64,000 bases of DNA from Candidatus Aminicenantes bacterium (GCA_963809345.1 CAWEJF010000006.1:21242-85241); one strand, 5' to 3'; counted from the first letter of the stretch, positions 26,866-36,037 are shown. Numbers and translations: made by a program. The notes: generated by a model not told the origin, from the letters alone.

Positions 26866-26960
26866 ACTTCCCTCCATCGGCGAGATAGACGTATTCTAGC
26901 CAAAAACTCCTCCCTCCTCCAGTCCCCCGTCGCCGCGGCCGGCCTTCGCCGCTCCGCGGC

Positions 26961-26989
26961 TTGCCTTCGCCGGCGGATGGAGATAAAAT
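26961..26989 (+). promoter_or_regulatory. Sigma70 promoter of bfr
   Basis: TTGCCT-17 bp-TAAAAT; direct repeat GCCTTCGCCG at 26942 and 26963. Confidence 0.5.
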
Positions 26990-27037
26990 GGTCTTTTCAA
27001 GCCGTAGCCTGAATCACTCATTCCGAAGGAGGTCATT

Positions 27038-27505
27038 ATGAAAGGGGATCCGAAACTCATCAAGGTTCTCAACTCGCTTCTCGCCGACGAGCTGACGGCC
27101 ATCAACCAGTACATGGTCCACTCCGAGATGTGCGACAATTGGGGCTACGACAAGCTCCACAAGACCATCGAGGCCAGGGCCATCGCCGAGATGAAGCACG
27201 CTGAGAAGCTCATCGGACGCATCCTGTTCCTCGAAGGCCTGCCCGTCGTCAGCGACCTCAAAAAGCTGGCCATCGGCGCCGACATCCCCAAGATGTTCGA
27301 GAGCGATCACAAGTTCGAGGAAGGCGCCATCAAGTCCTATAACGAGGGGATCATCCTGGCCGGGAACCTCAAGGACTATGCCACCCGCGAGATCCTGGAG
27401 TCCATCCTCAAAGACGAGGACGGACACATCGATGGCATCGAGGAGATCCAGGACCAGATCGGTCAGATGGGCCTGCAGATCTTCCTGACGACACAGGTGG
27501 GATGA
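27038..27505 (+). CDS. bfr: Bacterioferritin
   Basis: Ferroxidase residues ELTAINQY, EMKHAE (haem Met), EEGAIKSY and EDGHID. Confidence 0.92.
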   Translation: MKGDPKLIKVLNSLLADELTAINQYMVHSEMCDNWGYDKLHKTIEARAIAEMKHAEKLIGRILFLEGLPVVSDLKKLAIGADIPKMFESDHKFEEGAIKSYNEGIILAGNLKDYATREILESILKDEDGHIDGIEEIQDQIGQMGLQIFLTTQVG

Positions 27506-27897
27506 CCCGCTCTCCGTCCTATCTTAGCACCGCCCTCCTTTGGGGGGCGGTCTGGGGCCTGGGCGAAGCGACCCTCGGGCATCTCCTCCATAGGGCCCAC
27601 GTGCCGGGCCTGCCGGGACTGGTCATGGTCCCGTTCGCGGTCCTCGTCATGGGCCGGGTGCTCGTCCGCTCGCCGCGTGCGGGCGCCGTTTTCCTGACCG
27701 GGGTGGTGGCCGCCTCGTTCAAGCTCTTCGACCTCCTGGTGCCCGGCACCGACCTCCTCGCCCTGGCGAACCCGATCCAGGCTATCCTCCTCGAAGCCCT
27801 GGCCGCGACGGCTTGGGTCAAGCTGAAAACGGGGACGCTTCTCTTTTCGAATCAGGGGCGTTTGCCAAAAACAGAAACGTCCCCATTTCTTTCTTGA
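27502..27897 (+). CDS. Hypothetical membrane protein; C-terminus supplied by a palindromic repeat
   Basis: LWGAVWGLGEATLGHLLH..NPIQAILLE helices; ATGA overlap with bfr. Confidence 0.65.
   Translation: MTRSPSYLSTALLWGAVWGLGEATLGHLLHRAHVPGLPGLVMVPFAVLVMGRVLVRSPRAGAVFLTGVVAASFKLFDLLVPGTDLLALANPIQAILLEALAATAWVKLKTGTLLFSNQGRLPKTETSPFLS
27826..27888. repeat. GGGGACG palindromic repeat, copy 1
   Basis: GGGGACGCTTCT(27831-27842)/AGAAACGTCCCC(27873-27884); near-identical to the 57393-57446 element. Confidence 0.8.
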
Positions 27898-27904
27898 GCG
27901 GGAC

Positions 27905-30322
27905 ATGAAGCCGCCGGCGCTCAGGAAGAAGATCGAGACGGCGGCCATGAGCCGTCGCGGCTTCCTCCGTTGGAGCGCCCTTGTCGGGTCGGCCGCCTCA
28001 TCGAGGGGGCTCGCCGCCGGATTCCGGCGCCGCGATCCGCGTCACGCCCTGGTCGAACAGGCGCCGTCCGAGGAGCGCATGGTCCGGACGGGCTGCCCCT
28101 CCCACAACTGCGGCGGGCGTTGCCTGCTCAAGGTCTTTGTCCGAGACGGCCGCATCGTCCGCATCGAGACGGATGACCGGCCGGGCGACACGATCGCCGA
28201 CCCGCAGCTCCGGGCCTGCGTCCGCGGCCGGGCCTACCGCAAACGCCAGTATCACCCCGACCGCCTTCAGGTCCCGATGAAGCGGACTGGGAAGAGGGGC
28301 GAGGGCAAGTTCGAGCGCATCGGCTGGGACGAGGCCCTCGACCACATTGCCGCCGAGTTCAAGCGCGTCAAGGCCGCCTACGGCAACCAAGCGTTCTACG
28401 TTCCGTACGGCACGGGCAGTTACAACCAGATCAACGGCCGCCAGACGGCCCAGCGCCTGATGAACCTCTTCGGCGGCTCGCTCGGCTACTACAATAGCTA
28501 CTCCTGGGCGGCCATCTCGGCGGCTACGCCCACCGTCTACGGCACGAACGTCACCGGCAACCAGCGCCAGGACTGGCTCAACGCCAAGTACATCCTCATG
28601 TGGAGCTGGAACCCGGCCGAGATGCGCGATGGGACGAACAGCGAGTATTTCGTCCAGAAGGCCCGGGAGAAAGGGGCCCGCGTCGTTTGCATCGACCCGC
28701 GCATGACCCTGAGCGCGGTCTCCCTCGCCGACGAGTGGATCCCCATCCGGCCCGGCACGGACGCGGCCATGATGACCGCCATGGCTTACGTCATGGTCCG
28801 CGAGCGCCTCGTCGATGCCGCCTTCGTGCGCACGCACTGCGTCGGCTTCGATGAGACCCAGATGCCGGCCGGGGCCGAGGGCGCCGAAAGCTACACCGAC
28901 TACCTGCTCGGCACGCGCGACGGCGTCCCCAAGACCCCCGAGTGGGCCGAAGCGATCTGCGGCGTCCCCCGCGAGACGATCGCCCGCGTCGCCCGCGAGT
29001 ACGCGACGACGAAGCCCGGCGTCCTCTACCAGGGCTACGGCATGCAGCGCCGCGCCTACGGCGAACAGGCCGTCCGGGCCGGTTGCGTCCTCGCGGCCAT
29101 CACCGGGAACGTCGGCGTCCCCGGCGGCTGGGCCAGCGGCATCGCCCTCCAGGCCCCCGACGGCGGGCCCTTCTGGCTCGTTTTCCCCACCGGCGACAAT
29201 CCCGTCCGGGCCATGATCCCGAGCTTCCTCTGGACCGAGGCGGTCCTGCGCGGCAAGGACATGGGCGAGGCCGACGGCGTCCGCGGCGCGGCCCAGCTCG
29301 ACACGGACATCAAGTGCATCTGGGCCGTCGCCTGCAACGCCCTCGTCAACCAGCACGGCAATGTCAACCGGACGGCCCGCATCCTGGCCGACGAGAAAAA
29401 AGTCGAATTCCTCCTCGTCCAGGACAATTTCCTGACCCCGACCGCCCGGTTCGCCGACATCCTCCTCCCGGTCTGCACGCAGTTCGAGACCTGGGGGCTC
29501 GAGGACGGCTGGAAGTACGGCGACGAGGTCATCCTCATGCCCAAGATCGTCGAACCGCCCTTCGAGACGAAGAGCGATTACCGCATCGCGTCCGAGATCG
29601 CGGCCCGGCTCGGCCTCGAGAAGGAATACACCGAAGGCCGGACCGAGCGCGATTGGGTCGCCTGGTCGCTCGACCGCTACCGGCAGACGCGCTTCCCGGG
29701 CCTGCCATCGCTCGACGAGCTGGAGAAGTCGAACGCCGGTGTTTACTCGCTGCCGGTGACGCGGCCGGCCGTGGCCTTCACCGATTTCCGGCGCGATCCG
29801 GAGAAGCATCCGCTGCAGACGCCCTCGGGCAGGATCGAGATCTTCTCCAAGACGCTCCACGACATGAACCGGCCGGCCGAGATCCCGGCCGTGCCCAAGT
29901 ACATCCAGGAATGGGAGAGCCCCTTCGGGCCGGAGGCGGCGAAATTCCCGCTCTCGGCCATCGGACACCACTATCTCTCCCGTGTCCATTCGACCCTCGA
30001 GGGCGTCGACTGGCTGGAGGAGGCCTTCCCCCAGCGCCTGTTCATCAATCCCGTCGACGCCGCGCCGCGGAAGATCAAGAACGGCGACACGGTCAAGGTC
30101 TGGAACGACCGCGGCGCCGTCGCCGTCAAGTGCCGGCTGACGCCGCGCATCATGCCCGGCGTCGTCGCGCTGCCTCAGGGCGCCTGGTGGACGCCCGACA
30201 AGAACGGGCTCGACCGGCGCGGCTCGGTCAACGTCCTCTCCTCGGAGCGCTGGACGCCGCTCGCCTTCGGCAACGCCCAGCATACGATCATGGTCCAGGT
30301 CGAAAAGGCGGAGGCGGCTTGA
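27905..30322 (+). CDS. dmsA: Anaerobic DMSO reductase family molybdoenzyme catalytic subunit (DmsA/YnfE-like), Tat-exported
   Basis: SRRGFL Tat motif, FS0 motif CPSHNCGGRC..C, Ser-ligand region YNSYSWA, FADILLP, TPSGRIE and VALPQGAW. Confidence 0.88.
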   Translation: MKPPALRKKIETAAMSRRGFLRWSALVGSAASSRGLAAGFRRRDPRHALVEQAPSEERMVRTGCPSHNCGGRCLLKVFVRDGRIVRIETDDRPGDTIADPQLRACVRGRAYRKRQYHPDRLQVPMKRTGKRGEGKFERIGWDEALDHIAAEFKRVKAAYGNQAFYVPYGTGSYNQINGRQTAQRLMNLFGGSLGYYNSYSWAAISAATPTVYGTNVTGNQRQDWLNAKYILMWSWNPAEMRDGTNSEYFVQKAREKGARVVCIDPRMTLSAVSLADEWIPIRPGTDAAMMTAMAYVMVRERLVDAAFVRTHCVGFDETQMPAGAEGAESYTDYLLGTRDGVPKTPEWAEAICGVPRETIARVAREYATTKPGVLYQGYGMQRRAYGEQAVRAGCVLAAITGNVGVPGGWASGIALQAPDGGPFWLVFPTGDNPVRAMIPSFLWTEAVLRGKDMGEADGVRGAAQLDTDIKCIWAVACNALVNQHGNVNRTARILADEKKVEFLLVQDNFLTPTARFADILLPVCTQFETWGLEDGWKYGDEVILMPKIVEPPFETKSDYRIASEIAARLGLEKEYTEGRTERDWVAWSLDRYRQTRFPGLPSLDELEKSNAGVYSLPVTRPAVAFTDFRRDPEKHPLQTPSGRIEIFSKTLHDMNRPAEIPAVPKYIQEWESPFGPEAAKFPLSAIGHHYLSRVHSTLEGVDWLEEAFPQRLFINPVDAAPRKIKNGDTVKVWNDRGAVAVKCRLTPRIMPGVVALPQGAWWTPDKNGLDRRGSVNVLSSERWTPLAFGNAQHTIMVQVEKAEAA

Positions 30323-30323
30323 G

Positions 30324-30941
30324 ATGGTGACGCAGTACGGCTTCTTCTTCAACGCCGCCACCTGCAGCGGGTGCAAGGCCTGCCAGGTCGCCTGCAAGGA
30401 CCGCAACGACCTCGAGCCCGGGGTCCTCTGGCGCCGGGTCTACGAGGTGGCCGGCGGCGGCTGGGAGAAGAAGGGCGAGGTCTGGGTCCCGTCCGTCGTC
30501 GCCTACAACATCTCCATGGCCTGCAACCACTGCGAGAATCCCGTCTGCGGCCTGGCCTGTCCGGTCAAGGCCATCTCGAAGCGCGAAGACGGCATCGTCT
30601 TCGTCGACACGGGCGCCTGCATCGGGTGCCGTTACTGCGAATGGGCCTGCCCTTACACGGCCCTCCGCTTCGATGTCCGCACCAATACCGTCTCCAAATG
30701 CGACTTCTGCTACGACGCGATCGACGCCGGCGGGACGCCGGCCTGCGTCTCCTCATGCCCTCAGCGGGCCCTCGACTTCGGCGACATGGCCGAGCTCAAA
30801 AAGAAATACGGCGACGTCCGCCGGACCTTCCCGCTTCCCGATCCCGCCCAGACCGAGCCGGCCCTCATCATCAAGCCCCACCGCGACGCCGCCCGCGCGG
30901 AGGAGCGGGCCGCCGAAGTCGCCAACTGGGAAGAAGTCTAG
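30324..30941 (+). CDS. dmsB: DMSO reductase iron-sulfur subunit
   Basis: QYGFFFN..CSGCKACQVAC, CNHCENPVC..C, CIGCRYCEWAC and CDFC..PACVSSC. Confidence 0.92.
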   Translation: MVTQYGFFFNAATCSGCKACQVACKDRNDLEPGVLWRRVYEVAGGGWEKKGEVWVPSVVAYNISMACNHCENPVCGLACPVKAISKREDGIVFVDTGACIGCRYCEWACPYTALRFDVRTNTVSKCDFCYDAIDAGGTPACVSSCPQRALDFGDMAELKKKYGDVRRTFPLPDPAQTEPALIIKPHRDAARAEERAAEVANWEEV

Positions 30942-30947
30942 TCTCCC

Positions 30948-31814
30948 ATGCTCAAGGAGTGGCCTCTCGTCGCGTTCACCCTTCTGGGCCAGATGGCCGT
31001 CGGCGTCTTTCTCTGGTTCCATGTCCCCTTCCTCGTCCAGGGCCGTGTGCCATCCTATGGCTGGCGCGTGGCCTGGCTGGTGATTCTGGCTCTCGTCATC
31101 ATGATGACGGGCCTGGCGGCGTTCGTCTCCCTGTTCCATCTCCGCCACCCTTTCCGGGCCCGCTTTGTGCTGAGCAATCTGCGGACTTCCTGGCTCAGCC
31201 GGGAGATCCTCTTCGAGCTCCTTTTTCTTGCCCTCGTCGCACTCGCGGCCTGGGGAGCGTGGATCCGCGCCCCGTGGAGAGAGCTTCATTGGGGCCTGCT
31301 CGTCATGGCCTGCCTGGCCGGCGGCCTCTTCCTGTTCAGTATGGCCAAGCTGTACATGCTCAACTCTGTGCCTGTTTGGAGAGGGGCCTACACGCCGCTT
31401 TCATTCTCCCTGACGACTCTCGTGTTGGGCGCTTTGGCCACGGAGGTCATCGTGCGCGTTATCGTGGGGCCGGGCGCTCTTGATGTGAGCCTGACCGCCG
31501 TCGCCCTGGGCCTCATCATCGCCGAGATCATGCTGGCGGCATTCGCCGCTCCCCGGCACGGCGTCCGCGGCCTCCTCACCGGGCCGTCCCTGCGCCCGGT
31601 CGACGATTCCGCTCGACATTACCATCGGGCCAGGATCGCGTTCCTCGCCGCCGGGCTCGTTTTCCTCGCGGTGGAGATCGTCTCTGGCGCCAACGACATC
31701 CTGAGGGAACGGGGATTGAGCCCGACCCTGCTCCTGGCGTTCCTGCTCATCCTGGCGGGCGAAACGGCCGGCCGGTTCCACTTTTACGGCCTCGTGGCCC
31801 GTCCCGGCGACTGA
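30948..31814 (+). CDS. dmsC: DMSO reductase membrane anchor subunit
   Basis: EWPLVAFTLLGQMAVG, SLFHL.HP.RA and SWLSREI. Confidence 0.88.
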   Translation: MLKEWPLVAFTLLGQMAVGVFLWFHVPFLVQGRVPSYGWRVAWLVILALVIMMTGLAAFVSLFHLRHPFRARFVLSNLRTSWLSREILFELLFLALVALAAWGAWIRAPWRELHWGLLVMACLAGGLFLFSMAKLYMLNSVPVWRGAYTPLSFSLTTLVLGALATEVIVRVIVGPGALDVSLTAVALGLIIAEIMLAAFAAPRHGVRGLLTGPSLRPVDDSARHYHRARIAFLAAGLVFLAVEIVSGANDILRERGLSPTLLLAFLLILAGETAGRFHFYGLVARPGD

Positions 31815-32498
31815 CCGTTTCAGGCCCGGCCCTTGGAACGGGCCTTCGGCCGACGTCCCTTCCGGCTCCCGGACTTGTCCTCCCTCTCGCCCGGGGATCG
31901 AGAGGAGATAAGCTTCGTAGTCCCCGCGTGTGTTGAGGTTGCGGAGCCGGCCGGTTTCCTCGAACCGGACGACAGCCGTCCTGCAGCGGTCATATAAAGG
32001 AAGGACGCTGCGCTCTCCGCCGCCGAGCAGAAACTCGATGTCCGGAACGATCGACCTGCGATAGACCGCGAAGAGCGGCTCATAAAGTCCGGAGGGGCCG
32101 GCGGGCACGGCGATCTGGGCCTCCCGCGCCGCTTGGACGAGCGATCGGAGCAAGGGAACGTCGATGTCCGGAATGTCACACGCGATAACCGCGCAGGCCT
32201 CGTTCCGCGCTGCCTTTAACCCGGACAGGATGCCGCCGAGCGGACCCAGGTCGGGTGTCACGTCTTCGACGATGCGCATAGGTGTGACCGACGCCAATTT
32301 CTGCCCGGGTGACACGCTGATCAGGACCTCGTCGAAATACGGTATGACCTGGCCGAGGACGTGCTCGAGAAGCGTTCTTCCCCCCACGTCCAGCGCCGCC
32401 TTGTCGGCCTTCATCCGCCGCCCTCGGCCCCCGGCCAGGACGACGGCCGTCACCGGCTTCCCCCCGCACCGTATCTTCCTTCTCACGCCGCCCATCAT
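31401..32498 (-). CDS. mobA: Molybdenum cofactor guanylyltransferase with run-on C-terminus antisense to dmsC
   Basis: LAGGRGRRM, GPLGGI, ACDIP, EPLFAVY and NLNT.GDY. No in-frame stop until 31401. Confidence 0.82.
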   Translation of the reverse strand: MMGGVRRKIRCGGKPVTAVVLAGGRGRRMKADKAALDVGGRTLLEHVLGQVIPYFDEVLISVSPGQKLASVTPMRIVEDVTPDLGPLGGILSGLKAARNEACAVIACDIPDIDVPLLRSLVQAAREAQIAVPAGPSGLYEPLFAVYRRSIVPDIEFLLGGGERSVLPLYDRCRTAVVRFEETGRLRNLNTRGDYEAYLLSIPGREGGQVREPEGTSAEGPFQGPGLKRSVAGTGHEAVKVEPAGRFARQDEQERQEQGRAQSPFPQDVVGARDDLHREENEPGGEERDPGPMVMSSGIVDRAQGRPGEEAADAVPGSGECRQHDLGDDEAQGDGGQAHIKSARPHDNAHDDLRGQSAQHESRQGE

Positions 32499-32560
32499 AG
32501 AGCGGCCACGTCTCCAATTCAACTTCTGAGGCCTCGATTCGGCGGAGGTGGCGTGAACGG

Positions 32561-32770
32561 GGCTGAGGGCGTCGTCAGAGTGAGCATCGGCGATGATTTA
32601 GCCGGTCCGAAGCCGGACGAGGGCAGTTTCAGTGGAAACCGCCAAAACGTGTTTGAGCGAGGCGTAGCGGACGCCGAGCGAGTTGTTTTGGCGTCGAGTC
32701 CGGCGCACGGACCGGCGTGAAGAATCATCGCAGCGAACGGAGACGATGCTCGAAGCCCGCAGCCGCCGAG
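32561..32770. repeat. Structured intergenic element (MITE/REP-like)
   Basis: Nested inverted repeats GAGCATCG/CGATGCTC, GCGATGATT/AATCATCGC and GCCAAAAC/GTTTTGGC; minus strand shares GGCTTCGAGC..CTCCG with 17706. Confidence 0.6.
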
Positions 32771-32776
32771 GCCCGC

Positions 32777-32805
32777 TTGACTTCCGGATTTGCGGGCCGG
32801 ATAAT
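32777..32805 (+). promoter_or_regulatory. Sigma70 promoter
   Basis: TTGACT-17 bp-GATAAT. Confidence 0.55.
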
Positions 32806-32825
32806 GGGCGGGCACAATCGACCCC

Positions 32826-33719
32826 ATGCTTCTCAAACAGCAAGAATTCTACCGCTCGCTGACCGCCCTCTCGCCCGGCCTCGTCGAACGCATCCGCCGG
32901 ACGATCGAGGAGGCCGAGAAGAAGTTCTCGGGGAAAAAAGACGCCAAGGCAGGGTTCCTCTGGGAGCACACAGTCCTCGTGGCCGCCCAGGCCTTCCGCC
33001 TGGCCAAAGCGGAGAAAGAGAACCCCGACCTGACCGCCCTTGTCGCCCTTTTTCATGATTCGGGGAAGTTCGCCGGCGGCCGCTACCACGCCGGCGACAA
33101 GCCCGAGGAGGAAGAGGCGGCCCGCATCGCCCGGACCACCCTGGAAGAGGCCGGCCTGAAGATGGCCGATACCGGCCACGTCGTCCGGGCACTCCGCTCG
33201 CTCTACAAGTCCAGCGCGAGCCGTAACCGCCTGGCGGACATCGTCCACGACGCCGACTTCCTGTCCAAGTTCGGCTACCTCGGCGTGGCCAACTTCTTCG
33301 TCAAGTCGGCGCTCCGGGGCCGAAATCTCGAGTCGGCGGCCATGGAATACTTGAGCAAAGAGCTGACCTACGCGGCCGTCCTGCCGGCGAACATGCGCAC
33401 GGCCGCGGCCCGGCGGCTGGCCGTCAAGAAATCGGCCGATACCCTGCGCTTCTACAAGGCCTACATCGGCGAACTCGAGGAGGCCCACGGCATGGACTTC
33501 CGCGTCCGGACGGTCGACGTCCCCAAGGCCGGCGGCCGCGGCCGGCGGGCCAAGGTGACACTCGTCATGCCCGCTTCGTGCGGGGCCTGCGGCGGCAAGT
33601 GGGAGACCGAATTCCGGACCGAAGCGGGGCTCAAGTGCGAGAAGCTCGAGGCCTCGCTCCGCTGCGGCGCCTGCGGCGAGCGGCGCTCGGTCTCCTTCTG
33701 CCTTCCCGAAATGGGCTGA
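32826..33719 (+). CDS. HD-domain phosphohydrolase with C-terminal Cys-rich zinc ribbon
   Basis: WEHT, LFHDSGK and HDADFLSK; two CGACG motifs near the C-terminus. Confidence 0.8.
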   Translation: MLLKQQEFYRSLTALSPGLVERIRRTIEEAEKKFSGKKDAKAGFLWEHTVLVAAQAFRLAKAEKENPDLTALVALFHDSGKFAGGRYHAGDKPEEEEAARIARTTLEEAGLKMADTGHVVRALRSLYKSSASRNRLADIVHDADFLSKFGYLGVANFFVKSALRGRNLESAAMEYLSKELTYAAVLPANMRTAAARRLAVKKSADTLRFYKAYIGELEEAHGMDFRVRTVDVPKAGGRGRRAKVTLVMPASCGACGGKWETEFRTEAGLKCEKLEASLRCGACGERRSVSFCLPEMG

Positions 33720-33741
33720 CGAACGCCCCCAAGGAGGGATC

Positions 33742-34854
33742 TTGAAAACAAGCTCGAAAGCCATCGGAGTCGTTCTGACCGCAACGCTCATCGTCTTCAC
33801 ACTCGTCCTGTTCCTGGCCTGCGGCAGGGGAGACCGAAGCGCCGCCGCGGGCCCGGTCGTCGGGGTCAAGATCTATGAGGCGTCCCCTCCCTTTGACGGC
33901 CTCTTCCGGCAATGGCACGACCTCGGGGTCAACACCCTGTTCGTCAGCGAAGCGCTCCTGCGCGACGCCGGGTTTCGGACCATGGCCAAGGCCGAAGGCC
34001 TCTCGCTCTTCCTGATCTTCCCCGTCTTTCAAAGTCCTGAGGCGATCAAGGACCGCCCCGGGCTGGCCGCGATCACCTCGGCCGGAACGCCGGCCCGCGA
34101 AGAGTGGGTCGAGTTCGTCTGTCCGGCCCGCGAGGACTACCTCAGCCGCAAGATCGAACAGTTGAAAGGCCTTGTCGCAGAAGGCGATCCCACCGCCGTC
34201 AGCCTGGACTTCATCCGGTATTTCGTCTTCTGGGAAAGGGTCACGCCCGACCGCGCTCCGGACTCGTTGCCGCAAACCTGTTTCTGCCCCGTCTGTCTGG
34301 CCGGCTTCGCGGCGGAGATGGGTGTCGCTCTCCCCGTCGAACTCGTTACGACGGCCGAAAAGGCCGGGTGGATCCTCTCGACCCATGCCACCGAGTGGAC
34401 GGAATGGAAGTGCCGGACAATCGCCAGGGCCGTCGAGCGCCTGGCCCGGGCGGCCCGCGAGGTCAACCCCACGGTCAAGGTCAACCTCCACGCCGTGCCC
34501 TGGCGGCAAGATGACTTTGGCGGCGCCGTCCGTGCCGTGGCCGGTCAGGATCTCGTCCGGCTCGCGCCCTATGTCGATCTCATCTCGCCGATGTGCTATC
34601 ACCACATGGTCGGGCGAGATCCGGCCTGGGTCCACGATGTCGTCATGGACATCTCCTCCCGGACCGGGGCGGCGGTCCTGGCCAGCACCCAGGTCTCCGA
34701 AGCCTACGTCAAGGAAGCGCTTTCTCCGGGCGAGTTCCGGGCCGCCGCCGCGGAGGCGCTGAAGCCGCCCTCGATCGGTGTCGTCTTCTGGTCCTGGGAC
34801 GCTCTCTCCAAGTCGCCGGAGAAACAGGCCCTCCTGCGGCGCCTCGTCCATTGA
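33742..34854 (+). CDS. Glycoside hydrolase-like TIM-barrel lipoprotein (GHL10-like)
   Basis: Lipobox LFLAC; FVCP..AVSLDFIRY and DLISPMCYH; AAGGAGG SD with TTG start. Confidence 0.65.
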   Translation: MKTSSKAIGVVLTATLIVFTLVLFLACGRGDRSAAAGPVVGVKIYEASPPFDGLFRQWHDLGVNTLFVSEALLRDAGFRTMAKAEGLSLFLIFPVFQSPEAIKDRPGLAAITSAGTPAREEWVEFVCPAREDYLSRKIEQLKGLVAEGDPTAVSLDFIRYFVFWERVTPDRAPDSLPQTCFCPVCLAGFAAEMGVALPVELVTTAEKAGWILSTHATEWTEWKCRTIARAVERLARAAREVNPTVKVNLHAVPWRQDDFGGAVRAVAGQDLVRLAPYVDLISPMCYHHMVGRDPAWVHDVVMDISSRTGAAVLASTQVSEAYVKEALSPGEFRAAAAEALKPPSIGVVFWSWDALSKSPEKQALLRRLVH

Positions 34855-34898
34855 AAAAAGCCCGCCGATAGATAAGAATAGACGTCTGGAGCGTGAAC

Positions 34899-36014
34899 AT
34901 GGCATACCCCCGACGTCGGACGTCTTCACCTGCCGCCGGAACGGCCGTCCTTATCGCCGTCTTGATCTCCGCAGCCTGCGGGGTCACCCAGGTCCCTGAA
35001 AAACCATCCCGGCCGACGAAGGTCGTCATGGGGTACTACCAGTCCTGGTCCAAGGCCGAGTTCGACCACACCAAGATCGCCTACGAGTACCTGACCCACA
35101 TCGCCCATGCCTTCGCCTGGCCCGACGCGTCGGGGAACCTCGTCGTGCCGGCCGATTATCTCTATCCCGAGCTCAACGCCGCCGCCCACGCGAGCGACGT
35201 CAAGATGATCGTCAGTCTCGGCGGCTGGGGCAATTGCGCCGGCTTCCCGGGGATGGCCTCGACAGCGGCGAACCGGGCCCGGTTCATCGGCCAGCTTGTC
35301 GATTTCTGCAAGGCCAACGCCTACGACGGTGTCGACATCGACTGGGAGTTCGTCTCCAACGATACGGAGAAGGCGAACTTCACCCTGTTCGTCGAGGCGC
35401 TGGCCGCCGCCTTCAAGTCCCAGACGCCGCGCCTCCTCGTGACGACGGCGACACCGTCCGGGAACTATTACGGCCGCTGGATCGATTACGAGCGGCTGGC
35501 CGACGACTTCGACTTCATCGGCTTCATGACCTACGATTATCATGGCGATTGGTCCGACCATTCCGGCCACAATTCCCCCCTCTACACGCCGGCCGGAGAC
35601 GCGTGCGGCTCGGTCGACGCCACCTTCGCCTACGCCCGCAGCCGCCAGGTCCCCCTGGCCAAGCTCCTCGTCGGCGTGGCCTTCTTCGGCCGGTCCTTCG
35701 ACTGCGGCGGGATGGGCCAGCCGTTCACGACGAGCCAGGGTTGGGATTACGCCGACATCCTGGCCCTCCCCAGCGCGGGTTGGACGCGCGTTTGGGACGG
35801 CGAGGCCCAGGTCCCCTACATGCGCCGGACGGACGGGACCATGGTCATCTCCTACGATGACATGAGCTCGGTCGGGCTGAAGTGCCAGTACGTCAAGGAC
35901 AAGACTTCGGCCGGGGTCATCATCTGGGAGCTGAGCGGCGATTTCCGCTCCGGGAACTCCGAGCTCCTCGAGGTCGTCGGGAAGTCCTTCGGCGCCGGCT
36001 CCGGACAAGACTGA
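34899..36014 (+). CDS. GH18 chitinase-family lipoprotein
   Basis: Catalytic DGVDIDWE, MTYDYHG and IIWELSGD; lipobox ISAAC. Confidence 0.92.
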   Translation: MAYPRRRTSSPAAGTAVLIAVLISAACGVTQVPEKPSRPTKVVMGYYQSWSKAEFDHTKIAYEYLTHIAHAFAWPDASGNLVVPADYLYPELNAAAHASDVKMIVSLGGWGNCAGFPGMASTAANRARFIGQLVDFCKANAYDGVDIDWEFVSNDTEKANFTLFVEALAAAFKSQTPRLLVTTATPSGNYYGRWIDYERLADDFDFIGFMTYDYHGDWSDHSGHNSPLYTPAGDACGSVDATFAYARSRQVPLAKLLVGVAFFGRSFDCGGMGQPFTTSQGWDYADILALPSAGWTRVWDGEAQVPYMRRTDGTMVISYDDMSSVGLKCQYVKDKTSAGVIIWELSGDFRSGNSELLEVVGKSFGAGSGQD

Positions 36015-36037
36015 CCATCGCATTCCGAGAGGTGATC

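Noticed and set aside
26981-27000. Fur box at the bfr promoter
   Set aside because: Only about 7/19 matches to the consensus by manual comparison.
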